Source of the DNA: Syntrophorhabdaceae bacterium
Lineage (GTDB): Bacteria; Desulfobacterota; Syntrophorhabdia; Syntrophorhabdales; Syntrophorhabdaceae
NCBI GenBank assembly: GCA_963665295.1
Contig: OY762209.1
Coordinates: 1,248,001-1,312,000, forward strand
Length of the DNA: 64,000 bases
Reading direction: 5' to 3'
Shown here: positions 49,463 to 58,258 of the stretch, in pieces
Position numbering within the stretch: position 1 is the first letter of the stretch
Layout: each line of letters begins with the position of its first letter
Program-made: the position numbers and the translations under genes
The notes under the pieces: model-generated
The model's input: only the letters and a program-made list of their open reading frames with translations
Databases searched by the model: none
Told to the model about the DNA's origin: nothing

Positions 49463-49687
49463 ATGCTTATAGGAGAAATTCAGAAAGGTACGGACAAGAT
49501 CATGGTCACCGTGAAGGAATTCAAGGGCAAGACCTACGTGGATATACGCACCTATTTCGAGAACGATCAGGGCGAGATGGTGCCCACGAAAAAGGGGGTC
49601 TCCCTTTCGCCCGACAATCTTGACGATATCCTGAAGATACTTCAGGATGCAAGGAAAGCGGTGCGGGAGCCGGGCGAGACAGCATAG
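49463..49687 (+). CDS. PC4/p15-like ssDNA-binding protein
   Basis: EFKGKTYVDIR...PTKKGVSL. Confidence 0.9.
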   Translation: MLIGEIQKGTDKIMVTVKEFKGKTYVDIRTYFENDQGEMVPTKKGVSLSPDNLDDILKILQDARKAVREPGETA

Positions 49688-49701
49688 GCCGGACAGGGTC
49701 G

Positions 49702-49944
49702 ATGATAGGGAACTTCTTGATATGCGCTGCCGCGGCCGTCTTCATTTCAGGCTGCACGACCTTTTCCCACCCCACAAAAACCCAGGATGATTTTAACCGC
49801 GACCGGAAGGAGTGCGAGCAGTATGCGGCAGCCAATCCGGGAGACAATGCCACATGCGCCAGGGAGACCGTTACCTGCGCCACCTGTGAGGATGTAAAGC
49901 GGTGCCTCCAGGAAAAGAAAGGCTGGACAAGGGTACGGAACTGA
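49702..49944 (+). CDS. Small Cys-rich lipoprotein
   Basis: Lipobox ISG-C; 'HPTKTQDDFNRDRKEC...CLQEKKGW'. Confidence 0.7.
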   Translation: MIGNFLICAAAAVFISGCTTFSHPTKTQDDFNRDRKECEQYAAANPGDNATCARETVTCATCEDVKRCLQEKKGWTRVRN

Positions 49945-49946
49945 TA

Positions 49947-50429
49947 TCAGCCCTTGAGCGCCTTTACGAGCGAGGCTACCCGTTTGCCCAGTTTCCGCGC
50001 GTTGACCACGGTTTTCTCGTCAGGTGAGCCCGTGCATGCCACGCCGTAATGGCCCGTGGCATCGAGGGGGTCGCCTACAATGATCATACCGTAGATCAGT
50101 AAGGTCTGGAGGATGGAAATGATAGTCGTCTCTTTGCCCCCCGTCGGATCGCCCGAAGTGGCAAAGGCGGCGCCTACCTTGTCGCCCATATCCTTGCGGA
50201 CCACCACGAGCTTGTCGAACATCTCCTTCATGGGCGCGGCCATACTCCCGAAATAGACGGGGGAACCGGCGATCAGGCCGTCACAGGCGAGAAAATCCTC
50301 TTTTGTCACCTCCGCCACCGCCTTCACCACACAGTCCACGCCCTTGACTTCCTTTACCCCGCCCGCCACTTCTTCCGCGAGTTTTTTGGTGTTGCCCGAT
50401 CTGGAATAATAGACTACAAGCACCTGCAT
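49947..50429 (-). CDS. Flavodoxin / WrbA-like NAD(P)H-dependent oxidoreductase
   Basis: YYSRSGNTKKLA, GSPVYFG, KVGAAF and GGKETT. Confidence 0.9.
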   Translation of the reverse strand: MQVLVVYYSRSGNTKKLAEEVAGGVKEVKGVDCVVKAVAEVTKEDFLACDGLIAGSPVYFGSMAAPMKEMFDKLVVVRKDMGDKVGAAFATSGDPTGGKETTIISILQTLLIYGMIIVGDPLDATGHYGVACTGSPDEKTVVNARKLGKRVASLVKALKG

Positions 50430-50458
50430 CGAATCCCTCCTTGTGCGTTTCCCTTACC

Positions 50459-50974
50459 TCACTCCCCTTCCACCACGTATATCTCGGGAAGGTTCCTGTA
50501 CTGTTCCGCATAATCGATCCCGTATCCCACCACGAACCCGTCGTCGAAAGTGAAGCCCACGTAGTCCCCTTCTATCTCGATCTCCCGTCGTGCGCGCTTA
50601 TCGAGAAGGGCGCATATCTTCACGGACTTCGGTTTTTTCCTTTCGAGCATTTCCTTCACATGGGTGAGGGTAAGCCCCGAGTCTATAATGTCCTCCACGA
50701 TCACCACGTTCTCTCCCTCGATGTCTTCTTCGAGGTCTTTTGTCACCGTAATGGTGCCCTTCGAGGCCGTTCCGTTCCCGTAAGACGAGACCCGCATGAA
50801 ATCGACCCTCGATGGATTGGCCACAGCCCTCACGAGGTCGGAGGTGAACATGAAGGAGCCTTTGAGGAGGCAGACGAAAACGATCCTCTCCGCGTCGTAA
50901 TCTCGTTCGATCATGGCGGCGAGCCTTTTTACGGCCTCCTCGATATCTTCCCTGGAAAACAGTTTTTTGAGCAC
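50459..50974 (-). CDS. hpt: Hypoxanthine phosphoribosyltransferase
   Basis: LLKGSFMF, VIVEDIIDSGLTL and FVVGYGIDYAEQYRNLP. Confidence 0.95.
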   Translation of the reverse strand: MLKKLFSREDIEEAVKRLAAMIERDYDAERIVFVCLLKGSFMFTSDLVRAVANPSRVDFMRVSSYGNGTASKGTITVTKDLEEDIEGENVVIVEDIIDSGLTLTHVKEMLERKKPKSVKICALLDKRARREIEIEGDYVGFTFDDGFVVGYGIDYAEQYRNLPEIYVVEGE

Positions 50975-50983
50975 TTTTATCTC

Positions 50984-51640
50984 CTACAAGGCATGTTGGA
51001 GCACGAGGATTTCAGGTTTTTCCGGTAACGCGCCTTTCGTAATCTCCACTTCCGCGGCCTTTTCCACCCGTACCCCGCCTTTGCCTTTTGTAAAATCCTC
51101 GACCGGCGCTATGGGGAATTCGCACTTGGGGGTCTTGTAATGCATGGGTATGGTGATTGCGGGTTTTACGCTCTCCATCACCATGGTGGCCTCCCGGGGG
51201 TCTATGGTGTAGAAGCCTCCCACGGGCAGGAACATCACGTCGATGGAGCCCATATCGTGAAGCGTCCCTTTGCCGAGGGTATGGCCGAGGTCTCCCATGT
51301 GGGCGACACGAAGGCCATCCGCCTCGATGACGAAGATGATGTTGTTCCCCCGCTCCCGGCCCTGGGAGGAGTCGTGGAACGATGGCACGCCTTTTATCTT
51401 CACGCCCTTTGCCTCATAGGAGCCCGCCTTCGAAATATGGACGAATTTCCCTTTGATGTCCTTTATATAGTTATGGTCTTCGTGATCGTGGGTGGTGAGT
51501 ACGATGTCGGCATTTTCGGCAATCCTGCCGTAGGCCAGCGCGCCGCCGAAGGCCCCCGACTCGTAAGGATCAATGATGATGCTCACGCCCTGGTCGGTGG
51601 TTATCCTGAAAGCCGCATGGCCGTACCACTTGATCTTCAT
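50984..51640 (-). CDS. MBL-fold metallo-hydrolase
   Basis: WYGHAAF, THDHEDH, HMGDLG and IPMHY. Confidence 0.9.
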   Translation of the reverse strand: MKIKWYGHAAFRITTDQGVSIIIDPYESGAFGGALAYGRIAENADIVLTTHDHEDHNYIKDIKGKFVHISKAGSYEAKGVKIKGVPSFHDSSQGRERGNNIIFVIEADGLRVAHMGDLGHTLGKGTLHDMGSIDVMFLPVGGFYTIDPREATMVMESVKPAITIPMHYKTPKCEFPIAPVEDFTKGKGGVRVEKAAEVEITKGALPEKPEILVLQHAL

Positions 51641-51855
51641 CCCCTGCCTCCTCGGTTTTTCTTGATAATAAACCGTGGCATCGAAAGTGTCAAGAAAAGC
51701 CGCAGCGGCAAAGCCCGTGGAGCCTCCCCGGGGTAGCCCGCCCCATCGTCCCTGTTGACAAGGACGTGAAGGTTTGAAAGAATAGGGAAAGACTTATGGG
51801 TCACGTGGCCCCCGGGCAGGGCAAAGACCTTGCCGTGAGGGGAGGGCGCGGGACG

Positions 51856-53526
51856 ATGGAGGAACCCCCCTTTATGAAAAAGCCCCTTTCCGTAAGCAGC
51901 TATCTCATCGACCGCCTCTACGCCCACGGCGTACGCCATATCTTCGGCGTCCCCGGCGACTACGTGCTCGGTTTTTACAGGGAACTGGACCGCAGCGACC
52001 TCATGATAATCAATACAAGCGACGAACAGGGCGCGGGGTTCGCGGCGGACGCCTATGCGAGGGTAAACGGCCTGGGAGCGGTCTGCATCACCTACTCCGT
52101 GGGGGGCCTGAAGGTGGTCAATTCAACGGCCCAGGCATATGCGGAGAAGTCCCCCGTTGTAGTGATCAGCGGTGCGCCGGGAAGAGATGAACGGGTAGGC
52201 AAAGTCCTCCTCCACCACCGGGTCCGCGACTTCGACACGCAACTCAAGATTTTCGAGCAGATCACGGTCGCGTCAACGGTGATCGACGACCCCGAGACCG
52301 CGTGCCGCGAGATCGACCGCGTGCTGGACGCCGCCCTGCGACACAAGAGACCCGTATATATCGAGTTGCCCCGTGACATGATCCAAACCCCCGTGACCCT
52401 TCGCCGGTCGGCGTGCGTGGAGCCCGCGGCGTCCTCCCCCGCGGAATTGAAGGAGGCCCTGAACGAGGCGGTTCATATCATCAACCGGGCAAAGAAACCG
52501 GTAATCATCGCGGGCGTGGAGCTTCACCGGTTCGGGCTGCAGGACGGTCTTATGCGCCTTCTTGAAAACACCGGCATTCCCGTGGCAGCGACCCTTCTCA
52601 GCAAATCCGTCATCAGGGAGAACCACCCCCTCTACCTGGGGGTATACGAGGGCGCCATGGGACGGGAGGAAGTGAGAAGATACGTGGAGTCGTGCGATTG
52701 CCTGATCCTCCTTGGGGCCCTCATGACCGATATCGATCTCGGGATATTCACGGCGCGCCTCGAACAGGGCCGCTCCATCGCCGCCACGAGCGAAAAGCTG
52801 CTGATCCATTACCACGCCTATGAGGGCGTGGGGGTCGAGGATTTTCTTCTTGGCCTTTTGAAGGCGGATATCCGCCGCAGGGAGGTCTCGGATATGCCGC
52901 ACCCCCTTCCGCCCGAGCGGCCCTCTCCCGTCAAGGGGAAGCCGGTAACCGTGAAGTACCTCTTCCAATGCCTGAACGCCTTCCTGGATGAGACCACGGT
53001 GGTGGTGGCCGACACGGGGGACGCCCTTTTCGCCGCCGCCGATATGACCATACTCAGCGAAACGGAGTTTCTTTCCCCCGCATATTACACCTCCCTGGGT
53101 TTTGCCATACCCGCGAGCCTTGGGGTCCAAATGGCGAAGCCCCACCTCCGCCCCCTGGTGCTGGTGGGAGACGGCGCGTTCCAGATGACGGGTATGGAAT
53201 TGGGCGTCATCGCCAGGTTCAACCTCAACCCCATAGTGATAGTCCTCGACAACCGGGGTTATGGGACGGAGCGGCCCATGCTGGACGGCAGCTTTAACGA
53301 TATCCCCTTCTGGGACTACAGCCGCATTCCGGAGGTCCTCAACGCGGGAAGGGGATTCGACGTCACCACAGAGGACCGGCTGGAAGAGGCGCTCCGGGAG
53401 GCAAAGGCCTACACGTCCGGTTTCTCGATCCTCGACGTCCACCTGGACCCCGAAGACCGGTCTCTCGCCCTGGAGCGCCTCTCTTACGCCCTGGGTGCGC
53501 GGGTTAAGCCGAAGTTCCCCCTGTGA
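51856..53526 (+). CDS. ThDP-dependent alpha-keto acid decarboxylase (IpdC/Pdc family); last 5 codons supplied by the IS
   Basis: FGVPGDY, ADAYAR, LHH and GDGAFQMT...NRGY. Start 51856 or 51874. Confidence 0.9.
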   Translation: MEEPPFMKKPLSVSSYLIDRLYAHGVRHIFGVPGDYVLGFYRELDRSDLMIINTSDEQGAGFAADAYARVNGLGAVCITYSVGGLKVVNSTAQAYAEKSPVVVISGAPGRDERVGKVLLHHRVRDFDTQLKIFEQITVASTVIDDPETACREIDRVLDAALRHKRPVYIELPRDMIQTPVTLRRSACVEPAASSPAELKEALNEAVHIINRAKKPVIIAGVELHRFGLQDGLMRLLENTGIPVAATLLSKSVIRENHPLYLGVYEGAMGREEVRRYVESCDCLILLGALMTDIDLGIFTARLEQGRSIAATSEKLLIHYHAYEGVGVEDFLLGLLKADIRRREVSDMPHPLPPERPSPVKGKPVTVKYLFQCLNAFLDETTVVVADTGDALFAAADMTILSETEFLSPAYYTSLGFAIPASLGVQMAKPHLRPLVLVGDGAFQMTGMELGVIARFNLNPIVIVLDNRGYGTERPMLDGSFNDIPFWDYSRIPEVLNAGRGFDVTTEDRLEEALREAKAYTSGFSILDVHLDPEDRSLALERLSYALGARVKPKFPL

Positions 53527-55429
53527 AATCCCCCCAATATCACTCTATCCCGTTGAAATGACGGGAATAGGGTGATAATCATATCTTCTACTTGTTGCCA
53601 TGTAATAGTGCATTATGTACTTGACATGTAGGTAAGCTATTTGCTATATATGTTCCATGTACATCGAAAGCATCCCCAACCGCAACTCCCGGCCCGCCAT
53701 CCTCTTGAGGGAGGCATGGAGGGAAGGCAAAAAGATAAAGAAGAAGACAGTCGCAAACCTCACTGATTGGCCGGAAGAGAAGATCGAGCTCTTGAGGCGT
53801 GTATTGAAAGGGGAGTCTCTCGTCTCTCCGAAGGAAGCCTTTAAGGTTGAGCAGTCTCTCCCCCACGGCCATGTGGAGGCCATACTCGGGACAATAAAGA
53901 AGCTTGGCCTTGATACGGTCATTGCCTCGAAGCCTGGAAGGGAGAGAGACCTCGTAATCGCCATGATCGTGGAACGCCTCATCCACCCCTCATCGAAATT
54001 AGCAACTACGAGGCTCTGGCATACTACTTCGGTGGCGGAGGAACTCTCGGTTGCAGATGCCGATGAGGACGAACTCTATGATGCCCTGGACTGGCTTTTG
54101 GCAAGACAGGAGCGGATCGAGAAGAAGCTGGCGAATAAGCACCTTACCGAGGGCTCGCTCGTGCTCTACGATGTGACGAGCAGTTACTACGAGGGCCACA
54201 CCTGTCCCCTTGCGCAGTTCGGCCATGACCGGGATGAAAAGGGAAAGAGGATCATCGTCTATGGAGTACTCACCGATCACGAAGGCCGACCTGTTGCAGT
54301 TACCGTCTATCCGGGGAATACGGGCGATCCCTCTACCATTCCCGACCAGACGGCAAAGCTCAAAGAAAGATTCGGTCTCGATCACCTCGTCCTCGTGGGC
54401 GACAGGGGCATGCTTACGGAGACACAGATTACAAAGATAAAGGAGATGCCCGGCATAGGGTGGATATCGGCCCTCAGGTCTTCCGCCATACGCGAGCTTG
54501 TGGGACAGGGGAGCATCCAGATGTCCCTCTTCGATACCCAGGACTTTGTGGAAATCACCTCTCCCGAGTATCCGGGGGAAAGGCTCATCGCTTGCTTCAA
54601 CCCCCTTCTTGCCGAAGAGAGAAAGAGGAAAAGAAACGCGCTCCTCGATGTGACGGAAAAGAAGTTGTCCTCCATTGTACGGGCGGTCGGGAGAAGGACA
54701 AGGACGCCTCTTTCCGCAGCGGAGATAGGGAAGAAAGTCGGCGCGGTAGTCAACGATCACAAGATGGCGAAGCACTTTATCCTTACCATCGGAGACGGGT
54801 CCTTCTCATTCGCCCGGAACGAGGAGTCAATCACCGAAGAAGAAGCCCTCGACGGGATCTATGTGATCCGTACGAGTGAACCAGCCCTTCCTCCCGCCGA
54901 TGTGGTACGGAACTACAAGAACCTTGCCCGGGTAGAGCGGGCCTTCAGGACCTTGAAGGGCATCGATCTTCTCGTCCGTCCCATTCACCACCGTACCGAG
55001 GATCACGTGCGAGCCCACATCTTTCTCTGCACCCTCGCCTATTACGTAGAGTGGCATATGAGGGAGGCCCTTACGCCGCTGCTCTTCGACGATGAGGAGC
55101 TTCCCCTCTCACGAACGACGAGAGACCCGGTAAAGCCCGCGGAGTCATCTTCTTCCGCAAAGAAAAAGAAGACCACCAAGCTCACCCCTGACGGCCTTCC
55201 CGTCCAGAGCTTCCGTACCCTCCTTGCCGCACTGGGGACCCGATGCAAAAACCGGTGCAGGATGGTTTTGGACTCCATGGCCCCGGCCTTCACCCTTCTT
55301 ACTGATCCGACACCTCTCCAGGCCCGCGCCCTTGCCCTCCTCGGACTGTAGCCAGTAACGGGAAATCAATTTCTGCCATAATCATTGGAATATCAAGGTG
55401 ATGGGTTAATATTGGGCGGGGAACTTCGG
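53509..55429 (+). mobile_element. Complete IS1634-family insertion sequence
   Basis: Inverted repeats CCGAAGTTCCCC (53509-53520) and GGGGAACTTCGG (55418-55429); direct repeat GTTAAG at 53503-53508 and 55430-55435. Confidence 0.93.
53657..55351 (+). CDS. IS1634-family DDE transposase
   Basis: LYDVTSSYYEG, VGDRGM, VERAFRTLK and VRAHIFLC. Confidence 0.93.
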   Translation: MYIESIPNRNSRPAILLREAWREGKKIKKKTVANLTDWPEEKIELLRRVLKGESLVSPKEAFKVEQSLPHGHVEAILGTIKKLGLDTVIASKPGRERDLVIAMIVERLIHPSSKLATTRLWHTTSVAEELSVADADEDELYDALDWLLARQERIEKKLANKHLTEGSLVLYDVTSSYYEGHTCPLAQFGHDRDEKGKRIIVYGVLTDHEGRPVAVTVYPGNTGDPSTIPDQTAKLKERFGLDHLVLVGDRGMLTETQITKIKEMPGIGWISALRSSAIRELVGQGSIQMSLFDTQDFVEITSPEYPGERLIACFNPLLAEERKRKRNALLDVTEKKLSSIVRAVGRRTRTPLSAAEIGKKVGAVVNDHKMAKHFILTIGDGSFSFARNEESITEEEALDGIYVIRTSEPALPPADVVRNYKNLARVERAFRTLKGIDLLVRPIHHRTEDHVRAHIFLCTLAYYVEWHMREALTPLLFDDEELPLSRTTRDPVKPAESSSSAKKKKTTKLTPDGLPVQSFRTLLAALGTRCKNRCRMVLDSMAPAFTLLTDPTPLQARALALLGL

Positions 55430-55628
55430 GTTAAGGCAAAGCTCAGGAAGTGAAGCCTTCCGCCCCGCGCGACCCGGGGGCCGCCTCGACCGGTCCCGCA
55501 GGGAGGTGCATCTCCCTCTTAAGACATTATTCCGGGGGACGATAATAGGAGTGTAGCAGAAAGGTCAGGGCACAAAGAAGTGCTTCCTGTTTCCACGCCG
55601 ACGTGAAACGTCAATTGAGGAGTACATC

Positions 55629-57251
55629 ATGTTCGACAGCAGGAAGTCTCAGGGCGCCATCTTTGACCGCCTTGCCCGACGCGCGGGGGCAGCCGCCTTC
55701 AGCGTTGCGGCGCTTGTTTTTCTGATCATCCTTTTTTCCGCATACCTCATCTTCGGGATCTCTTCCTTCGCGGAATACCCCCTTGCCATGGTCGTGGGGG
55801 TTATCGCGGCGGCCAGCCTGTTGCTGGGCGTCGCCGCGCGTTTTGCCGCAGGGAGGTTTCTCCGGCCCCTGGGCCTCGTTGCTGCCGGGCTTGTCAAGGC
55901 TGCGAAGGGAGACCTTACCGCGGATTTCTCCGGTTCAAAGGGCGGCATCGGGCCCCTTGTGGGCAATATACATGAGATGGTGCACGCCTTCAGGGCCATT
56001 GTGGAGAGGATCATCGTCACCACCATAGGCAACGTGGTCACCTTCGGCGAAGAATTCAAAAACATGGTTACAGGGGCCGCCGACGCCTCCGTCACCCAGT
56101 CGAACCAGGCGGCGGCCATTGCGGCCGCGGCGCACCAGATGAGCGTTGCCGCCGAAACGGTGAGACGGAACGCGGAAGGAGCGCGGTCCACCACGGAAAA
56201 GGCGATGAAAGCGGCCCGGGAGGGAACGGTCCTTGCCTCCGAAACGGCCGATATCCTCCACACGGTAGGATCGACGAACAGCAAGCTTGCCCTTCACGTG
56301 GAAGGGCTCCATGCGCGGGTCAAGGAGATCGAGGAGATTGTGGGGGTTATCAAGGAAATTGCCGACCAGACGAATCTCCTCGCCCTCAACGCGGCCATCG
56401 AGGCCGCGCGGGCGGGCAATGAAGGAAGGGGGTTTTCCGTGGTTGCCGACGAAGTGAGACGTCTCGCGGAAAGGACCATCGAGGCCACGGACGAAATATC
56501 GGAGCGGGTGAGCCGGGTGAGGCAGGAGTCGGTGACGACAAAGGAATCGATGGACGAATCGGTCACCACCGTCACGAGGCTGCACGAGCGGGCCTCCGGC
56601 CTCGGCGCGTCGCTCACCTCCATCTTCGAGTCGGTAAGCAAGGTGAATGAGGGTATCGTTTTTGTCACGGAATCGATGAGGGAACAGTCCGAGACATCCG
56701 CCCAGGTGGCCGAATCCATCGAAAACATTGCGGTGACCTCATCTCAACTGAAGGAGATGTCTCTCGCGGTACACAAAAGGACTGTTGAGTTCGAGGGGAA
56801 CGCGGATCACATGCTGGAGCTTGTGGGCGCTTTCAGGATCGACCTCCACAGGGATGCGGAGCGCTTTGTGGAAACCCTCGCCGCGAGCCCTGAACTCCTC
56901 TCCCTCGATCCGGGTAGAATGGAGCGGTACCTCACCGACGGATTAAAGACCCATCCGTGGGTCGAATTGCTCTATGTGACCGACGCCAAAGGGCGGCAGT
57001 TGACGGGCAACGTAGCGGCGTCGCGGATCGACCGGACCGTGCAGGGTAAAGACTGGTCAAGGCGGCCCTGGTTCGTGGAGCCCGCGAAGACCGGCAAACC
57101 CTACCTCTCGGGGCTCTACCGATCCGTGGCGACCAACGATTACTGCTTTACCGCGGCAACCCCGGTCTACCGGGAGCACACAATAGCCGGTGTCATTGCG
57201 GCGGACATAAACTTCAAGGCCCTTTCGTCAACGGGCTCCGGCAAAAGATGA
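55629..57251 (+). CDS. Methyl-accepting chemotaxis protein with C-terminal Cache/PDC-like domain
   Basis: Two TM helices, [24 protein letters not shown]; tail '[10 protein letters not shown]...DWSRRPWF...YRSVAT...GVIAADI'. Confidence 0.9.
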   Translation: MFDSRKSQGAIFDRLARRAGAAAFSVAALVFLIILFSAYLIFGISSFAEYPLAMVVGVIAAASLLLGVAARFAAGRFLRPLGLVAAGLVKAAKGDLTADFSGSKGGIGPLVGNIHEMVHAFRAIVERIIVTTIGNVVTFGEEFKNMVTGAADASVTQSNQAAAIAAAAHQMSVAAETVRRNAEGARSTTEKAMKAAREGTVLASETADILHTVGSTNSKLALHVEGLHARVKEIEEIVGVIKEIADQTNLLALNAAIEAARAGNEGRGFSVVADEVRRLAERTIEATDEISERVSRVRQESVTTKESMDESVTTVTRLHERASGLGASLTSIFESVSKVNEGIVFVTESMREQSETSAQVAESIENIAVTSSQLKEMSLAVHKRTVEFEGNADHMLELVGAFRIDLHRDAERFVETLAASPELLSLDPGRMERYLTDGLKTHPWVELLYVTDAKGRQLTGNVAASRIDRTVQGKDWSRRPWFVEPAKTGKPYLSGLYRSVATNDYCFTAATPVYREHTIAGVIAADINFKALSSTGSGKR

Positions 57252-57355
57252 CAAGGACATGGGAGCGGTTTGATTGACAAAGGTTCGCGGTGAATCGGTC
57301 GCGGTCCGTCGGATTTTCGTTGCAATCAGCGAGGAATGGGCGTAATTAATGAGAT

Positions 57356-58150
57356 ATGAGGTATTGGGAAGGAGTGCCCACGGTGTGTAAAGCCGCGTTT
57401 CGCGCCTTGCCCCCAGGGACCCATGGCCGGCCGGTGCGCGGGCTGTTCGTCCTGATATGCCTCCTCCTTGCCGCTTCCGTGTGCCTTGATGCGCAGGCCT
57501 CACAGCCGGTGGAGAAAACCCTCACGGGCTGCGTGATAGACGGGCAATTTTACCACATCGCCTTTGACGGGGACGGCAAGAGGCCGGTCCGGGCTTACCG
57601 GATAAGGTTGAGGGACGGAACGGCGCTTGCGCCCTATGAGGGGAAGACCATCACGGTGGGCGGTATGCTCCTGCCCGGGGATGCCTTCCGCCTGAAGGCC
57701 GGGACAGGACCGGTGGTCGAAAGCAGGACCTGCAGTGAAAGTTTCCGCAAGGTGATCAACAAGGAATTCATCACCGGTTACGTGGTCGAGGCGCATAAGG
57801 CGGCCCGAAGGAAGGCCTTCGACGAGGCCCTGGCCCTCACCGGCAAGGCCCTCGAAATGGACCCGGGCTATTGTGAGACCTATATCGACAGGGCATACAT
57901 TCACTACCTCAGGAACGACCCGGATGCGGGAAGACGGGACCTGAGGGTCGTCATGGACCGCCGGTGCCCCGACCGGGAGGGCCTCAATTTTCTCATCATG
58001 GGAGACGTAGGGAAGATCCTCGTGCGGCAGGGTAAGATTGCCGAGGCCCTGGAGCTTTACCGTATGTCCCTTGAGGCCTGCCGTTCAGGCCTTTGCAGAG
58101 ATGCGGTCAACAAGGACATACGAAGCCTGAAGAATCCGTCGCCGAAATAA
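57356..58150 (+). CDS. Exported TPR-containing protein (start uncertain)
   Basis: Hydrophobic leader; 'ALALTGKALEMDP' and 'GKIAEALELYRMSL'. Confidence 0.65.
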   Translation: MRYWEGVPTVCKAAFRALPPGTHGRPVRGLFVLICLLLAASVCLDAQASQPVEKTLTGCVIDGQFYHIAFDGDGKRPVRAYRIRLRDGTALAPYEGKTITVGGMLLPGDAFRLKAGTGPVVESRTCSESFRKVINKEFITGYVVEAHKAARRKAFDEALALTGKALEMDPGYCETYIDRAYIHYLRNDPDAGRRDLRVVMDRRCPDREGLNFLIMGDVGKILVRQGKIAEALELYRMSLEACRSGLCRDAVNKDIRSLKNPSPK

Positions 58151-58258
58151 GGTCCGACGTCCAGCCCGATGTCACGGCTCCATCGATGCCCTGCCGCACC
58201 TCAGTCCCTCCGGTGCGGTGCGGCAGAAATAATCGCGGAAATATTGTATATTTATAGG

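Noticed and set aside
55570..55605. Possible sigma-28 promoter upstream of the chemoreceptor
   Set aside because: GCCGACGT is only a partial -10 match and there is no TAAA at 15-bp spacing.
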